Part shown: one piece after another, positions 10,730 to 19,162 of the stretch
How positions within the stretch are numbered: position 1 is the first letter of the stretch
How the letters are laid out: each line of letters opens with the position of its first letter
Assembly (NCBI GenBank): GCA_003173855.1
Contig: PPGI01000010.1
Location: 148,696-212,695 of the forward strand
Direction: 5' to 3'
Length of the DNA: 64,000 nucleotides
Origin: Candidatus Zambryskiibacteriota bacterium
GTDB taxonomy: Bacteria > Patescibacteriota > Minisyncoccia > Phycocordibacterales > DATDWN01
Position numbers and translations under genes: made by a program
The notes under the pieces: generated by a model
Seen by the model: only the letters and a program-made list of their open reading frames with translations
Databases searched by the model: none
Told to the model about the DNA's origin: nothing

Positions 10730-11416
10730 ATGAAAATAATCGATGTAAAAAATCTGACCAAATCATACAAAAGCGGGGAATCAGAACTCGTAGTTTTAAA
10801 GAACTTGGATCTGAATGTTCCAAAAGGACAATTTCTTTCGATTATTGGCAGATCAGGTTCCGGGAAATCAACACTTCTTTATCAGTTGGGACTTTTGGAC
10901 AAGCCAAATTCTGGCGAAATAGTAATTACAGATAGACATGTTTCAAAATTAACTGACGACGAACGGACAAAATTTAGATTAAATAAACTCGGATATGTTT
11001 TTCAAGATTATGCGCTTATACCTGAATTGACTACTCTTGAAAATGTCTTGATCCCACTTTTGATGCAGGGTCTTAAACCAGAATCTGCGAGAACTAAGGC
11101 ACTAGACTCTTTGGAAAAATTAAATTTGATGGACAAACTAGATAGCTTGCCAAGCCAACTTTCGGGTGGTCAGCAACAAAGAGTTTCCATTGCTCGGGCT
11201 ATTGCTCATTCTCCTGAAATTATTTTTGCAGACGAGCCCACAGCTAACCTTGATACTGAAACATCTGACCAGGTTCTTGAAGCATTTCTTGATCTTCACA
11301 AAAAGGGCCAAACCATTATAATGGTCACTCACGAGCAGGAATATGCTGATCTAACAGATCGGGTAGTGCTATTATCAGACGGGAAAATCGTAAAGGACGA
11401 GCTTAACAAAAAATAA
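10730..11416 (+). CDS. ABC transporter ATP-binding protein (MacB/LolD-like)
   Basis: Walker A GRSGSGKST, signature LSGGQQQRVSIARA, Walker B IIFADEPT. Confidence 0.9.
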   Translation: MKIIDVKNLTKSYKSGESELVVLKNLDLNVPKGQFLSIIGRSGSGKSTLLYQLGLLDKPNSGEIVITDRHVSKLTDDERTKFRLNKLGYVFQDYALIPELTTLENVLIPLLMQGLKPESARTKALDSLEKLNLMDKLDSLPSQLSGGQQQRVSIARAIAHSPEIIFADEPTANLDTETSDQVLEAFLDLHKKGQTIIMVTHEQEYADLTDRVVLLSDGKIVKDELNKK

Positions 11417-11417
11417 T

Positions 11418-12896
11418 ATGAAAAAAAGAATAAATACTTTTATAAATTGGATAAAATCTCATAAAATAATTTCCGGAGTTGTCGCTCTGATTTTGCTTTT
11501 TATTCTTTATAAAATTGTTTTCCCAGGTGGAACACAACATGAAACTTATATTGTTAAATCTGGCGATGTTGTTCAAAAAGTTATAGTTAATGGAAATACA
11601 AGACCCGTTGATTCCGTTGATCTTTCTTTTGAGACGTCGGGTACAGTGGCCAAAGTTTACGCGCCTTTAGGCACCAGAGTTCAATCTGGCCAAACATTGG
11701 TTGCTCTTGATTCAGGAACAACTTATGCAAATTATTTGAAAGCTAAAGCTAACCTTCAAGGTGAACAAGCTAAACTGGATGATTTAAAAAATGGCACACG
11801 TCCGGAAGAACTTGCTGTTTCTCAAACTGAGGTCGACAACGCTCAAACCGCTGTAAATGATGCCGAAAAAAGTTTACAGGGTAAAGTTGTTGATATTATA
11901 AATAATAATGTTGACCAGCTTTTCTCAAATCCTCACACAAATATTGCGACAATCAATCTTGTTCTCTACGATTCTGACCTAAAAAACAAAATTAATAATG
12001 AACGAGTTGTAATGGAAAATGTTTTAAATACTTGGTCAGCAAATAATGTTGAAACTTATTTTCCGCAAGTTTCTAGTTTTATTGATCATGTGGCACTTGC
12101 TGTAAATACTCAATCTGCATCACCAACCTTGTCACAAACAACCATTGATGGTTATAAATCTGCACTATCATCTGCTCGAGCTTCGCTCGTTTCAGAAAAG
12201 CAATCACTTAATAATGCCCAGGCTTCATTGATGGTCGCAGAAAAAAATCTTGCACTTAAAAAAGCTGGTGCAACTCCAGAAGCAATTGCTGCCGAAGCTG
12301 CTCAAGTTTTAGAGATGCAGGCACAGTTTGAAAGTGCTTCTTCAGAATTATCTAAAATGACTTTACGCTCTCCGCAAAATGGGATTGTTACTCGAGAAGA
12401 TGCTAAAGTTGGCCAGACTGTCACACCCGGAACAGTTGTAGTTTCTATTATTTCCGATAATAATTTAGAGATTGAGGCAAATGTTTCCGAAATAAATATC
12501 GGCAAGGTTGCAATTGGCAATCAAGCTGCTATCACTTTTGATGCATTTCCTGGACAAACTTACGAAGGAAAAGTGACTTACATTGAACCAGGCGAAACTA
12601 TTGTTGATGGAGTGGTAAATTACAAAGTCAAAGTTGCATTTTCAAAACTTTATCCAGAAATAAAAAGCGGATTGACCTGCAAGCTCGAAATTATCACTGG
12701 TACAAAAAACAATGTGCTCGTTGTCCCGCAATATTCTCTTAAAACAAAAGACAACGAGACTTTCGTTTTAAAAAAGGAGGGGAAAAATTATGTTGAAGTT
12801 CCTGTGACTGTTGGATTAAAAGGCCAGGATGGTAGTGTTGAAGTTATATCTGGATTAATATCAGGCGACATAATTGATACAATTTCAGTAAAATAA
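11418..12896 (+). CDS. HlyD/MacA-family periplasmic adaptor (membrane fusion protein)
   Basis: N-terminal TM, biotinyl/lipoyl-like hairpins, long Q/A-rich coiled coil, beta-barrel C-terminus. Confidence 0.7.
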   Translation: MKKRINTFINWIKSHKIISGVVALILLFILYKIVFPGGTQHETYIVKSGDVVQKVIVNGNTRPVDSVDLSFETSGTVAKVYAPLGTRVQSGQTLVALDSGTTYANYLKAKANLQGEQAKLDDLKNGTRPEELAVSQTEVDNAQTAVNDAEKSLQGKVVDIINNNVDQLFSNPHTNIATINLVLYDSDLKNKINNERVVMENVLNTWSANNVETYFPQVSSFIDHVALAVNTQSASPTLSQTTIDGYKSALSSARASLVSEKQSLNNAQASLMVAEKNLALKKAGATPEAIAAEAAQVLEMQAQFESASSELSKMTLRSPQNGIVTREDAKVGQTVTPGTVVVSIISDNNLEIEANVSEINIGKVAIGNQAAITFDAFPGQTYEGKVTYIEPGETIVDGVVNYKVKVAFSKLYPEIKSGLTCKLEIITGTKNNVLVVPQYSLKTKDNETFVLKKEGKNYVEVPVTVGLKGQDGSVEVISGLISGDIIDTISVK

Positions 12897-12920
12897 GGCT
12901 AACTTGAGGGATATTTTAAT

Positions 12921-12949
12921 TTGACGTTTTAATTTTTGAATGCTAATAT
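12921..12949 (+). promoter_or_regulatory. sigma70-like promoter (TTGACG-17-TAATAT)
   Basis: -35 12921-12926, 17-nt spacer, -10 12944-12949; GGAGG SD 12956-12960; ATG 12967. Confidence 0.5.
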
Positions 12950-12966
12950 TTGTACGGAGGACTTTC

Positions 12967-13293
12967 ATGGTTCTGGCACGCATTTGTCGCTACATAGCAA
13001 CACGACCTTATGTAGGAGACGAGGAAACACTCCAAGTAATTGCTTTAGATGAATATGCGACGTACAAATTCATCAATTTTCAGAAATACGATAACGAAAC
13101 ATACTACTTTCCCTTCGAAGGACGTGACGATATTGTAGATGTCACACTTCCTATGCTCGATGCTGCTACAATAAGGAACCGCCTTGCAGAGATGAATGAC
13201 CATCTGGAATCGGAAACATCAGTGGTTATTGTCCGAAAGATTGACCCGTTGCAGGCTCATTTTGGAAAGTTCGGAACACACAACAGACGGTAA
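12967..13293 (+). CDS. hypothetical protein (108 aa), GC-richer than surroundings
   Basis: own promoter, strong SD, own terminator; no recognisable motif; track ORF starts at upstream ATG 12940. Confidence 0.5.
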   Translation: MVLARICRYIATRPYVGDEETLQVIALDEYATYKFINFQKYDNETYYFPFEGRDDIVDVTLPMLDAATIRNRLAEMNDHLESETSVVIVRKIDPLQAHFGKFGTHNRR

Positions 13294-13296
13294 GAT

Positions 13297-13326
13297 AAGG
13301 GCGCACGTCATGTGCGCCTTTCGTTT
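13297..13326 (+). terminator. Rho-independent terminator
   Basis: aagggcgcac-gtcat-gtgcgcctt stem followed by TCGTTTT. Confidence 0.7.
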
Positions 13327-13353
13327 TAGGCGATTTTTTGATAATCTTTTCGT

Positions 13354-14241
13354 GTGAAAGATTACACAATTATTTTGTTTTATAAATATGTCGATATAGA
13401 GAATCCGGAAAAACTCCGTCTGGAGCAACTTGATTTGTGCACAAAACTTGGACTTAAAGGTAGGATAATTGTTGCTAAAGAGGGAATTAATGCCACACTT
13501 GAAGGCACAAATGAGAATATTCGAAAATATCTTGATATTTATTTACAAGATTCAAGATTTAAAGACACACATATTAAAAAAAGTGCGGGAACTGGGAATG
13601 CCTTTCCAAAATTGAAAATAAAAGTCCGACCGGAAATTGTTTCAATGCATTTGAAAAGTGATTTTTCTCCAAATGAGATCACTGGAAAGCGTCTAAATGC
13701 AGATGAACTTAAAAAATGGTTTGAATCTGGAGAAGAATTTGAAATTATCGATATGCGAAACGATTATGAGTTCAAAGTTGGACGATTTAGAAATTCAATA
13801 ATGTCAGATTTAGAAAATTTTAGAGATGTTCCAAAAGTTCTAAATGGTTTGAGATCTTTGAAAGAGAAAAAAGTTCTGACAGTTTGTACAGGTGGCGTTC
13901 GATGTGAAAAAGCATCAGGATTTTTAGTTAAAAATGGTTTTAAAGATGTCTATCAGCTGGATGGCGGAATAGTAAGTTATATTGAAAAATACCCTGGACA
14001 AGAATTTGAGGGGTCACTTTATGTTTTTGATAATCGAATCACAATGACTTTTGATAATGATCTAAATCACAAAGTGGTTGGTAGATGTGAAAAATGTGGA
14101 ATTTTGTCGGAAAGATATGTTAATTGCAAAAATCCGGAATGCAACAAACATTTTCTGTGTTGTGAAAATTGTTCAGAGTCAGATGGAAAATCTTTTTGTG
14201 GAATTTCTTGTTTTGAAAAAATTTCTCTGTTAGAAAAATAA
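13354..14241 (+). CDS. trhO: rhodanese-domain protein, tRNA uridine(34) hydroxylase TrhO/YceA family
   Basis: UPF0176 N-terminus, rhodanese active-site CTGGVRCEKA, Cys-rich C-terminal zinc-ribbon-like tail. Confidence 0.7.
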   Translation: MKDYTIILFYKYVDIENPEKLRLEQLDLCTKLGLKGRIIVAKEGINATLEGTNENIRKYLDIYLQDSRFKDTHIKKSAGTGNAFPKLKIKVRPEIVSMHLKSDFSPNEITGKRLNADELKKWFESGEEFEIIDMRNDYEFKVGRFRNSIMSDLENFRDVPKVLNGLRSLKEKKVLTVCTGGVRCEKASGFLVKNGFKDVYQLDGGIVSYIEKYPGQEFEGSLYVFDNRITMTFDNDLNHKVVGRCEKCGILSERYVNCKNPECNKHFLCCENCSESDGKSFCGISCFEKISLLEK

Positions 14242-14415
14242 TTTTTCTGTGGATAACTAGGCTTGATTTTCATTTACACATCAGAATTTTACGCTACAAT
14301 AAAAATGTGGCAGGATTTTTTGAAAAAAATTTCCGAAATAAAAATTAAAAATAAATTTTCCAAAAAATAAAAGAAAAATGAAAGTTATATAAGTTCAGTT
14401 TTCTTTTTAATGTAA

Positions 14416-14444
14416 TTGACAAGACAACAAAAAATTGGTAATTT
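14416..14444 (+). promoter_or_regulatory. possible promoter (TTGACA-17-TAATTT)
   Basis: perfect -35, weak -10; AGAGGA SD before ATG 14462. Confidence 0.25.
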
Positions 14445-14461
14445 ATAACTAGAGGATAATT

Positions 14462-14800
14462 ATGATTACATTTTGGTTACTAGTACTGGCAACCGGAGCG
14501 CTTGGGACTGTAGCTGATATCGCTCTGAATAAGTGGACAAAGGTGAGCACTACAGCCTGGTGGTCATGGAGTGCGCTGCTTTTCATTGTATTCATGACTT
14601 GTTTTGGCTTGATAATTAAATTGGCTAAAACAAGGGGTTATGGCCTCACTGTCCCTGTTTTGTTTGTTCTGGCGTTTGACATTCTTGGGGTAGCAATCTG
14701 GGATGTTCATGTTGAGAACAGTACATTTACCCCACTACAGTGGACTTCACTTGTTCTCGTAACAATAGCGATTATTGGTTTCGAGATAAAAAGCTTCTAG
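14462..14800 (+). CDS. small 4-TM membrane protein (SMR/DMT-like)
   Basis: 112 aa, four predicted hydrophobic helices. Confidence 0.5.
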   Translation: MITFWLLVLATGALGTVADIALNKWTKVSTTAWWSWSALLFIVFMTCFGLIIKLAKTRGYGLTVPVLFVLAFDILGVAIWDVHVENSTFTPLQWTSLVLVTIAIIGFEIKSF

Positions 14801-15366
14801 ACCTTGGCCAGCGCTTTCTTGGTGCTGGCCTTTCGCTTTTGTGCATTAATATTCAACAGATAATTTGGGATCAAACCTTCTTTTTTGTATTTTTCTACAA
14901 TAATTTTTGGCAGATCTTTAAAACCATGTATACTTCCACGACAAACTTTGTTTCCACACCTGCAAATTATATTTTTTGCTGTGACATCATATTCAAGTGA
15001 GGCATAATCAAAAGTTAGTTCCTCACCTTTAGTTATTTTCTGCCTGGCAACAACTCTGATGTAAGGCCTTTTATGATTTTCGACGATTTTAATAACAGTA
15101 TTTGGGTCGCACGAGTGATTCAAATAATGTCCGAAGTCGGATTGACCATCGTTCCGAACTGGTTCAATATTTCGATCTAAATCAATAGCAAAAGAATATT
15201 TTGTTCGTTTTTTCTGTATTGGACCAGTTACAAGAAACAATAACTCTCCCTTTTTAAAATCTTTTTTGGTTACAACTCCAAGTTGATTTTTAAGAAAATT
15301 ACTGTTTCTAACCACAAGAGTATTAGTTTCTGGCAAAATCGTGCCAGATATCTGTTTTTGATTCAT
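14797..15366 (-). CDS. SET-domain protein lysine methyltransferase
   Basis: hallmark SET motifs NHSCDPN and GEELTFDY, followed by post-SET CRCGNKVCRG; lysine-rich tail. Confidence 0.8.
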   Translation of the reverse strand: MNQKQISGTILPETNTLVVRNSNFLKNQLGVVTKKDFKKGELLFLVTGPIQKKRTKYSFAIDLDRNIEPVRNDGQSDFGHYLNHSCDPNTVIKIVENHKRPYIRVVARQKITKGEELTFDYASLEYDVTAKNIICRCGNKVCRGSIHGFKDLPKIIVEKYKKEGLIPNYLLNINAQKRKASTKKALAKV

Positions 15367-15367
15367 A

Positions 15368-15751
15368 TTAAACTCTCGTTACAACTGAATGTGTCTCGGA
15401 TTTTGCTTTCCAAAACCCCATGCAATATTTTAATGCTACATCAGGATCAAATTCTTTACATGAAAAAAGATTTAAATAGACTGCATTGAGCATAGGAAGT
15501 GGGTGACAAACTACGTTGCTTGTTTCGATAAATTGAAATCCAGAGATTCCTCTCAAATGCGGAATATCAGAAGTGTCCTCCCAAAAAAATGGGTCTCCAT
15601 GTCTTTTCATATCAACTAAATCACATAATTCAACGAAAAATTTTTGAAGTTTTTCTCTGCTTAAATCAGAAAGATCACAACCTTTTAAATCCATAATCAG
15701 CTCAAGTCCATAATTTCCTTTATATCCAAATTTTTGTTCTGAATTTTTCAT
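15368..15751 (-). CDS. pyruvoyl-dependent S-adenosylmethionine decarboxylase-like protein (SpeH / class 1 AdoMetDC family)
   Basis: aligns to SpeH: GLELIMDLKGCD (LLVELWGCD), GISGFQFIETSNVVCHPLP ([20 protein letters not shown]), NLFSCK (DVYTCG); translationally coupled to SET gene. Confidence 0.65.
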   Translation of the reverse strand: MKNSEQKFGYKGNYGLELIMDLKGCDLSDLSREKLQKFFVELCDLVDMKRHGDPFFWEDTSDIPHLRGISGFQFIETSNVVCHPLPMLNAVYLNLFSCKEFDPDVALKYCMGFWKAKSETHSVVTRV

Positions 15752-15819
15752 GCTTGATACTGAATAAGTTAATTATTATAATGAATTATTATACATGATA
15801 ATTTAAAGTTGTCTAAGTT

Positions 15820-16638
15820 ATGAATAAAAAAGTGCATAATCTGTATATCACTCTACTTTGGGTACTTTATGTACTATTTATCGGCTGGTTTTTATGGATC
15901 TATCTAAGCAAAACCTCTGATAATCCAAATAATATTTACACTAATTTTTATGGCGTGATACCCCTTCTTGGAGGATTTTATGGTTTATGGTTATCAAAAT
16001 ATTGGGGAGGATGGAATAGTAAAGTTGGAAAGGCAGTGATACTTCTATCGAGCGGTTTGGTTACATGGGGAATAGGAATGGTCATTTGGCTTTACTATAA
16101 TATTATTCTACATGTTGATATTCCATATCCATCTTTGGCTGACGCTGCATTTATTCTAAGTTGGCCATTATGGGGAGCAGGGGCTGCTTTTCTTTCCATT
16201 GCTACAGGAGCAAAACTAGGTATGAGAGAAGTTAAGGGACGAGTAATGCTTTTCATTATTCCCATAATTGTTATTACCTTCTCATATTTTTTCCTAGTAA
16301 CCATTGCTAGGGGTGGGGTAGTCAGTGATTATCTTGGATTTTCAAAAACTTTTTTCGATGTGGCATATCCCGTTGGAGATGTTGTCATTTTAAGTATTAC
16401 ACTTTTAGTTTTCGGACTTTCATATAAATATTTTGGTGGAATATATAAAAAAGCTATTTACTTTATTTTGTTTGCATTTGTTATGAATTATTTTGCTGAT
16501 TTCACATTCTCATACACCACAACTTTAGGAACTTATTACAACGGAAGTCTTGCTGATGCCTTGTTTGTAACGACAATGACTATTTTAAGTACAGGTATTA
16601 TATTGCTAGATCCTAAAAAACTTGATCATCATAATTAA
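15820..16638 (+). CDS. hypothetical polytopic membrane protein
   Basis: about 7-8 predicted TM helices; no motif recognised. Confidence 0.5.
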   Translation: MNKKVHNLYITLLWVLYVLFIGWFLWIYLSKTSDNPNNIYTNFYGVIPLLGGFYGLWLSKYWGGWNSKVGKAVILLSSGLVTWGIGMVIWLYYNIILHVDIPYPSLADAAFILSWPLWGAGAAFLSIATGAKLGMREVKGRVMLFIIPIIVITFSYFFLVTIARGGVVSDYLGFSKTFFDVAYPVGDVVILSITLLVFGLSYKYFGGIYKKAIYFILFAFVMNYFADFTFSYTTTLGTYYNGSLADALFVTTMTILSTGIILLDPKKLDHHN

Positions 16639-16639
16639 A

Positions 16640-16924
16640 ATGCCTAAATTTGATCAAATCGCAATAAAAATAATTAAGGAACAAGAATTAGTTGTCGGAC
16701 CTTTAGCATGGTCGGAAGCAAAAAAAGTCCAAGGTCTCCAGGTAATTGATGATAAAAATGGGCAGGTTAGCTTCAATGATTCAGATCAAAAAGGAGTAAT
16801 TAACCGGCTAGTTGACCAGTATTCAAAGCTTTTTGGTAAGGCTTCTCGTGAAGTTTGCCGGGAAGCAGCGGCATCATTAATAGCTAATCTTTCGCCACAA
16901 GAAGTACCATCAAGTCTTGAATAA
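16640..16924 (+). CDS. hypothetical protein
   Basis: 94 aa from ATG 16640 (track ORF begins 16622); no motif. Confidence 0.4.
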   Translation: MPKFDQIAIKIIKEQELVVGPLAWSEAKKVQGLQVIDDKNGQVSFNDSDQKGVINRLVDQYSKLFGKASREVCREAAASLIANLSPQEVPSSLE

Positions 16925-16930
16925 TTTCAT

Positions 16931-17755
16931 ATGACTGACCAGGATAACAATCAAATTTCTCCGGAAGAATATAAAAAGATTACTGAATCAATGTATAATC
17001 AGAATCTGGAACTAGCCAGACTCTATAAACAAGTCGATAGTCTTAATCACGATCTTAGTCTTGCCAATCAGAGTCAGGCGAATTTGATGCACTTTATGAA
17101 TCATCAGATCAAAGGTCATTTTGGGAACGCTCGAAATATTTTTGCTGAGCTTCTGACAAATGATTACGGGGAAATACCGGAATTTGCCAAACCTTTTCTC
17201 GAAAAGGGTCTTGAGGAAACCAGAATGGGAGTTGATTATGTGCAGAGTATTTTAAAAGGTGCAAGTGCTGAAAACGGTACGCTCCCTTACGATATGAAGC
17301 AAATGGATTTAAAAAGGGTTGTTGAGGAGGTAGCAAATAAACAAAAGGAATTTGCGGAAAAAAAGGGTCTTAAGTTCAGTCTCGAAATTGGGGACGGTAC
17401 TTACAATATTAATGGTGACGAAGTTCAGTTAGGTGAAGCCATTAAAAATCTATTAGACAATTCTATAAACTACACAATAAATGGTGAAGTAAAAGTTTCG
17501 CTTATAAATTCTAATAATTCAGTACAAATTAAGGTAGAAGATACGGGAATTGGAATTGATCCGGAGGACAAAGACAAACTATTTAAATCTGGCGGACGAG
17601 GAAAAGATTCTCAAAAAATAAATGTAAATTCTACTGGATACGGACTTGTGTTTGTTAAGGGTGTTGTTGAAGCGCACAAGGGACGAGTTTGGGTCGAATC
17701 GGAGGGGGTTAATAAGGGATCGACTTTTTTTGTAGAACTCCCAAAAACTTCTTAA
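16931..17755 (+). CDS. cytoplasmic sensor histidine kinase (HisKA-like + HATPase_c)
   Basis: coiled-coil N-terminus, H-box region (MNHQIKGHFG), N/G boxes (LLDNSINYT, DTGIGIDPED, GYGLVFVKGVVEAHKGRVWVESE). Confidence 0.65.
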   Translation: MTDQDNNQISPEEYKKITESMYNQNLELARLYKQVDSLNHDLSLANQSQANLMHFMNHQIKGHFGNARNIFAELLTNDYGEIPEFAKPFLEKGLEETRMGVDYVQSILKGASAENGTLPYDMKQMDLKRVVEEVANKQKEFAEKKGLKFSLEIGDGTYNINGDEVQLGEAIKNLLDNSINYTINGEVKVSLINSNNSVQIKVEDTGIGIDPEDKDKLFKSGGRGKDSQKINVNSTGYGLVFVKGVVEAHKGRVWVESEGVNKGSTFFVELPKTS

Positions 17756-17773
17756 ATACGGTACAATCCCGGC

Positions 17774-18475
17774 ATGTCGCAAGAGCATGTTTGGGAAAGG
17801 GAATACAGAAAGCCAAAATTGTTGACCAAACAAAACAAACCGCAGAACGATACGGTCAGATTTGTCGAGTTTTTAAAGAAAAAAGCCAAAGTTAAGGCAG
17901 AAGGTTTGCGAGTGCTGGATCTTGGTTCTGGGGCAGGGCGAAACAGCTTTTATTTTGCAAAACTTGGAAATCAGGTCAGCGGGCTTGAAATTTCGAAAAC
18001 TGCAATTGATGTGGCTAGAAGTTTTGCTAGAGATGCCAATTTACGTATTGATTACAAACGACAGACTATCGGAGACATTTTCCCATATGAAAATAATACT
18101 TTCGATATTGTACTTGATGTAGTTTCATCAAACTCGCTAACTGAAATTGAACGAGAGATTTATTTATCTGAAGTAAACCGCGTTCTAAAACCAGGAGGAT
18201 ATTTTTTCGTAAAAGCTTTGTCAAAAACAGGGGATTTGAATACCAAATATTTGCTCAAGCAATTTCCCGGCAAGGAAAAAGATACTTACAAAATGCCAGA
18301 TTTAGGAGTAGTGGAACGCGTCTGGTCCGAGAAAGATTTTATTGAATATTACTCTAAATTTTTTAAAATTTTAAAAATTGGGCGTAAAACAAACTATCCG
18401 CGTATGAATGATAGGTCCTACAAGCGCAACTACTGGATATCCTATATGAAAAAGGAAAGTATTGACATTAAATAA
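17774..18475 (+). CDS. class I SAM-dependent methyltransferase
   Basis: motif I VLDLGSGAGRNS, acidic end of beta2 (GLEIS), motif post I. Confidence 0.75.
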   Translation: MSQEHVWEREYRKPKLLTKQNKPQNDTVRFVEFLKKKAKVKAEGLRVLDLGSGAGRNSFYFAKLGNQVSGLEISKTAIDVARSFARDANLRIDYKRQTIGDIFPYENNTFDIVLDVVSSNSLTEIEREIYLSEVNRVLKPGGYFFVKALSKTGDLNTKYLLKQFPGKEKDTYKMPDLGVVERVWSEKDFIEYYSKFFKILKIGRKTNYPRMNDRSYKRNYWISYMKKESIDIK

Positions 18476-18512
18476 ATTTATGTTATTTTAATGTAAGAAG
18501 GGAGAATGACTA

Positions 18513-19094
18513 ATGACAAAACAAGAAGAGGATATCTTAAGAGACAACAGGCTCTTCTTAGGTGATGACATTGGAAGGAAAAGCTTCTTCTATGTTCGAG
18601 AAGCAATTATGCTAAAGATGTCACAAGGGAACCCGACTCTCACCATTCATCTATCGAGTAATGGTGGAGACGTAGCCCCAGGTCGTGACATATTCGATTT
18701 CCTCAAGTACTACCCCGGAAAGAAAATTGGAGTTGGTCATGCGCTTGTGGCATCGACGGCTGCAATTGTCATGCAGGCGTGTGATTGGAGAGTTGTGACC
18801 CCATATACCAATGTGCTCATCCACAGTGTTTCAGGAACGAGGATCACATTAGAAGTTATCCAGAATTCCGACAAAATGAAAAAATTTGTCGAGGAATTGG
18901 AACGAGTTCAAGGAATATCTACTCAGATTCTTTCATCAAGAACCAAAAAAACCGCCAAGCAGATCATTGAAATTTGTGAACAAGATGCTTCGATGTCGGC
19001 TGAAGAGGCAAAGGAATTTGGTCTTATAGACCAGATCATTGTCACTGAAGCAGACATACGAGCACCTTGGATGGTGAAAGAAGAAAAAAAGTAG
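18513..19094 (+). CDS. clpP: ClpP-family serine protease subunit
   Basis: aligns to ClpP: HLSSNGGDV (INSPGG), VAS*TAA (AAS*MGA), IHSV (IHQP), EFGLID (EYGLVD). Confidence 0.7.
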   Translation: MTKQEEDILRDNRLFLGDDIGRKSFFYVREAIMLKMSQGNPTLTIHLSSNGGDVAPGRDIFDFLKYYPGKKIGVGHALVASTAAIVMQACDWRVVTPYTNVLIHSVSGTRITLEVIQNSDKMKKFVEELERVQGISTQILSSRTKKTAKQIIEICEQDASMSAEEAKEFGLIDQIIVTEADIRAPWMVKEEKK

Positions 19095-19101
19095 CCTCAT
19101 G

Positions 19102-19140
19102 CAGAAAGCTTCGCGCTTCGCGTGGGGCTTTTCTGTTTAT
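19102..19140 (+). terminator. Rho-independent terminator
   Basis: nested GC hairpins (cgcg-ctt-cgcg inside cagaaagc/gcttttctg) followed by TTTAT. Confidence 0.5.
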
Positions 19141-19162
19141 TAAAATTTGATAAACTTACAAT

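Noticed and set aside
14248-14256. Perfect DnaA box TGTGGATAA in the AT-rich spacer after trhO (possible oriC)
   Set aside because: It is a single box with at most one degenerate second copy. There is no cluster and no dnaA or dnaN nearby, so one 9-mer in AT-rich DNA is expected by chance.
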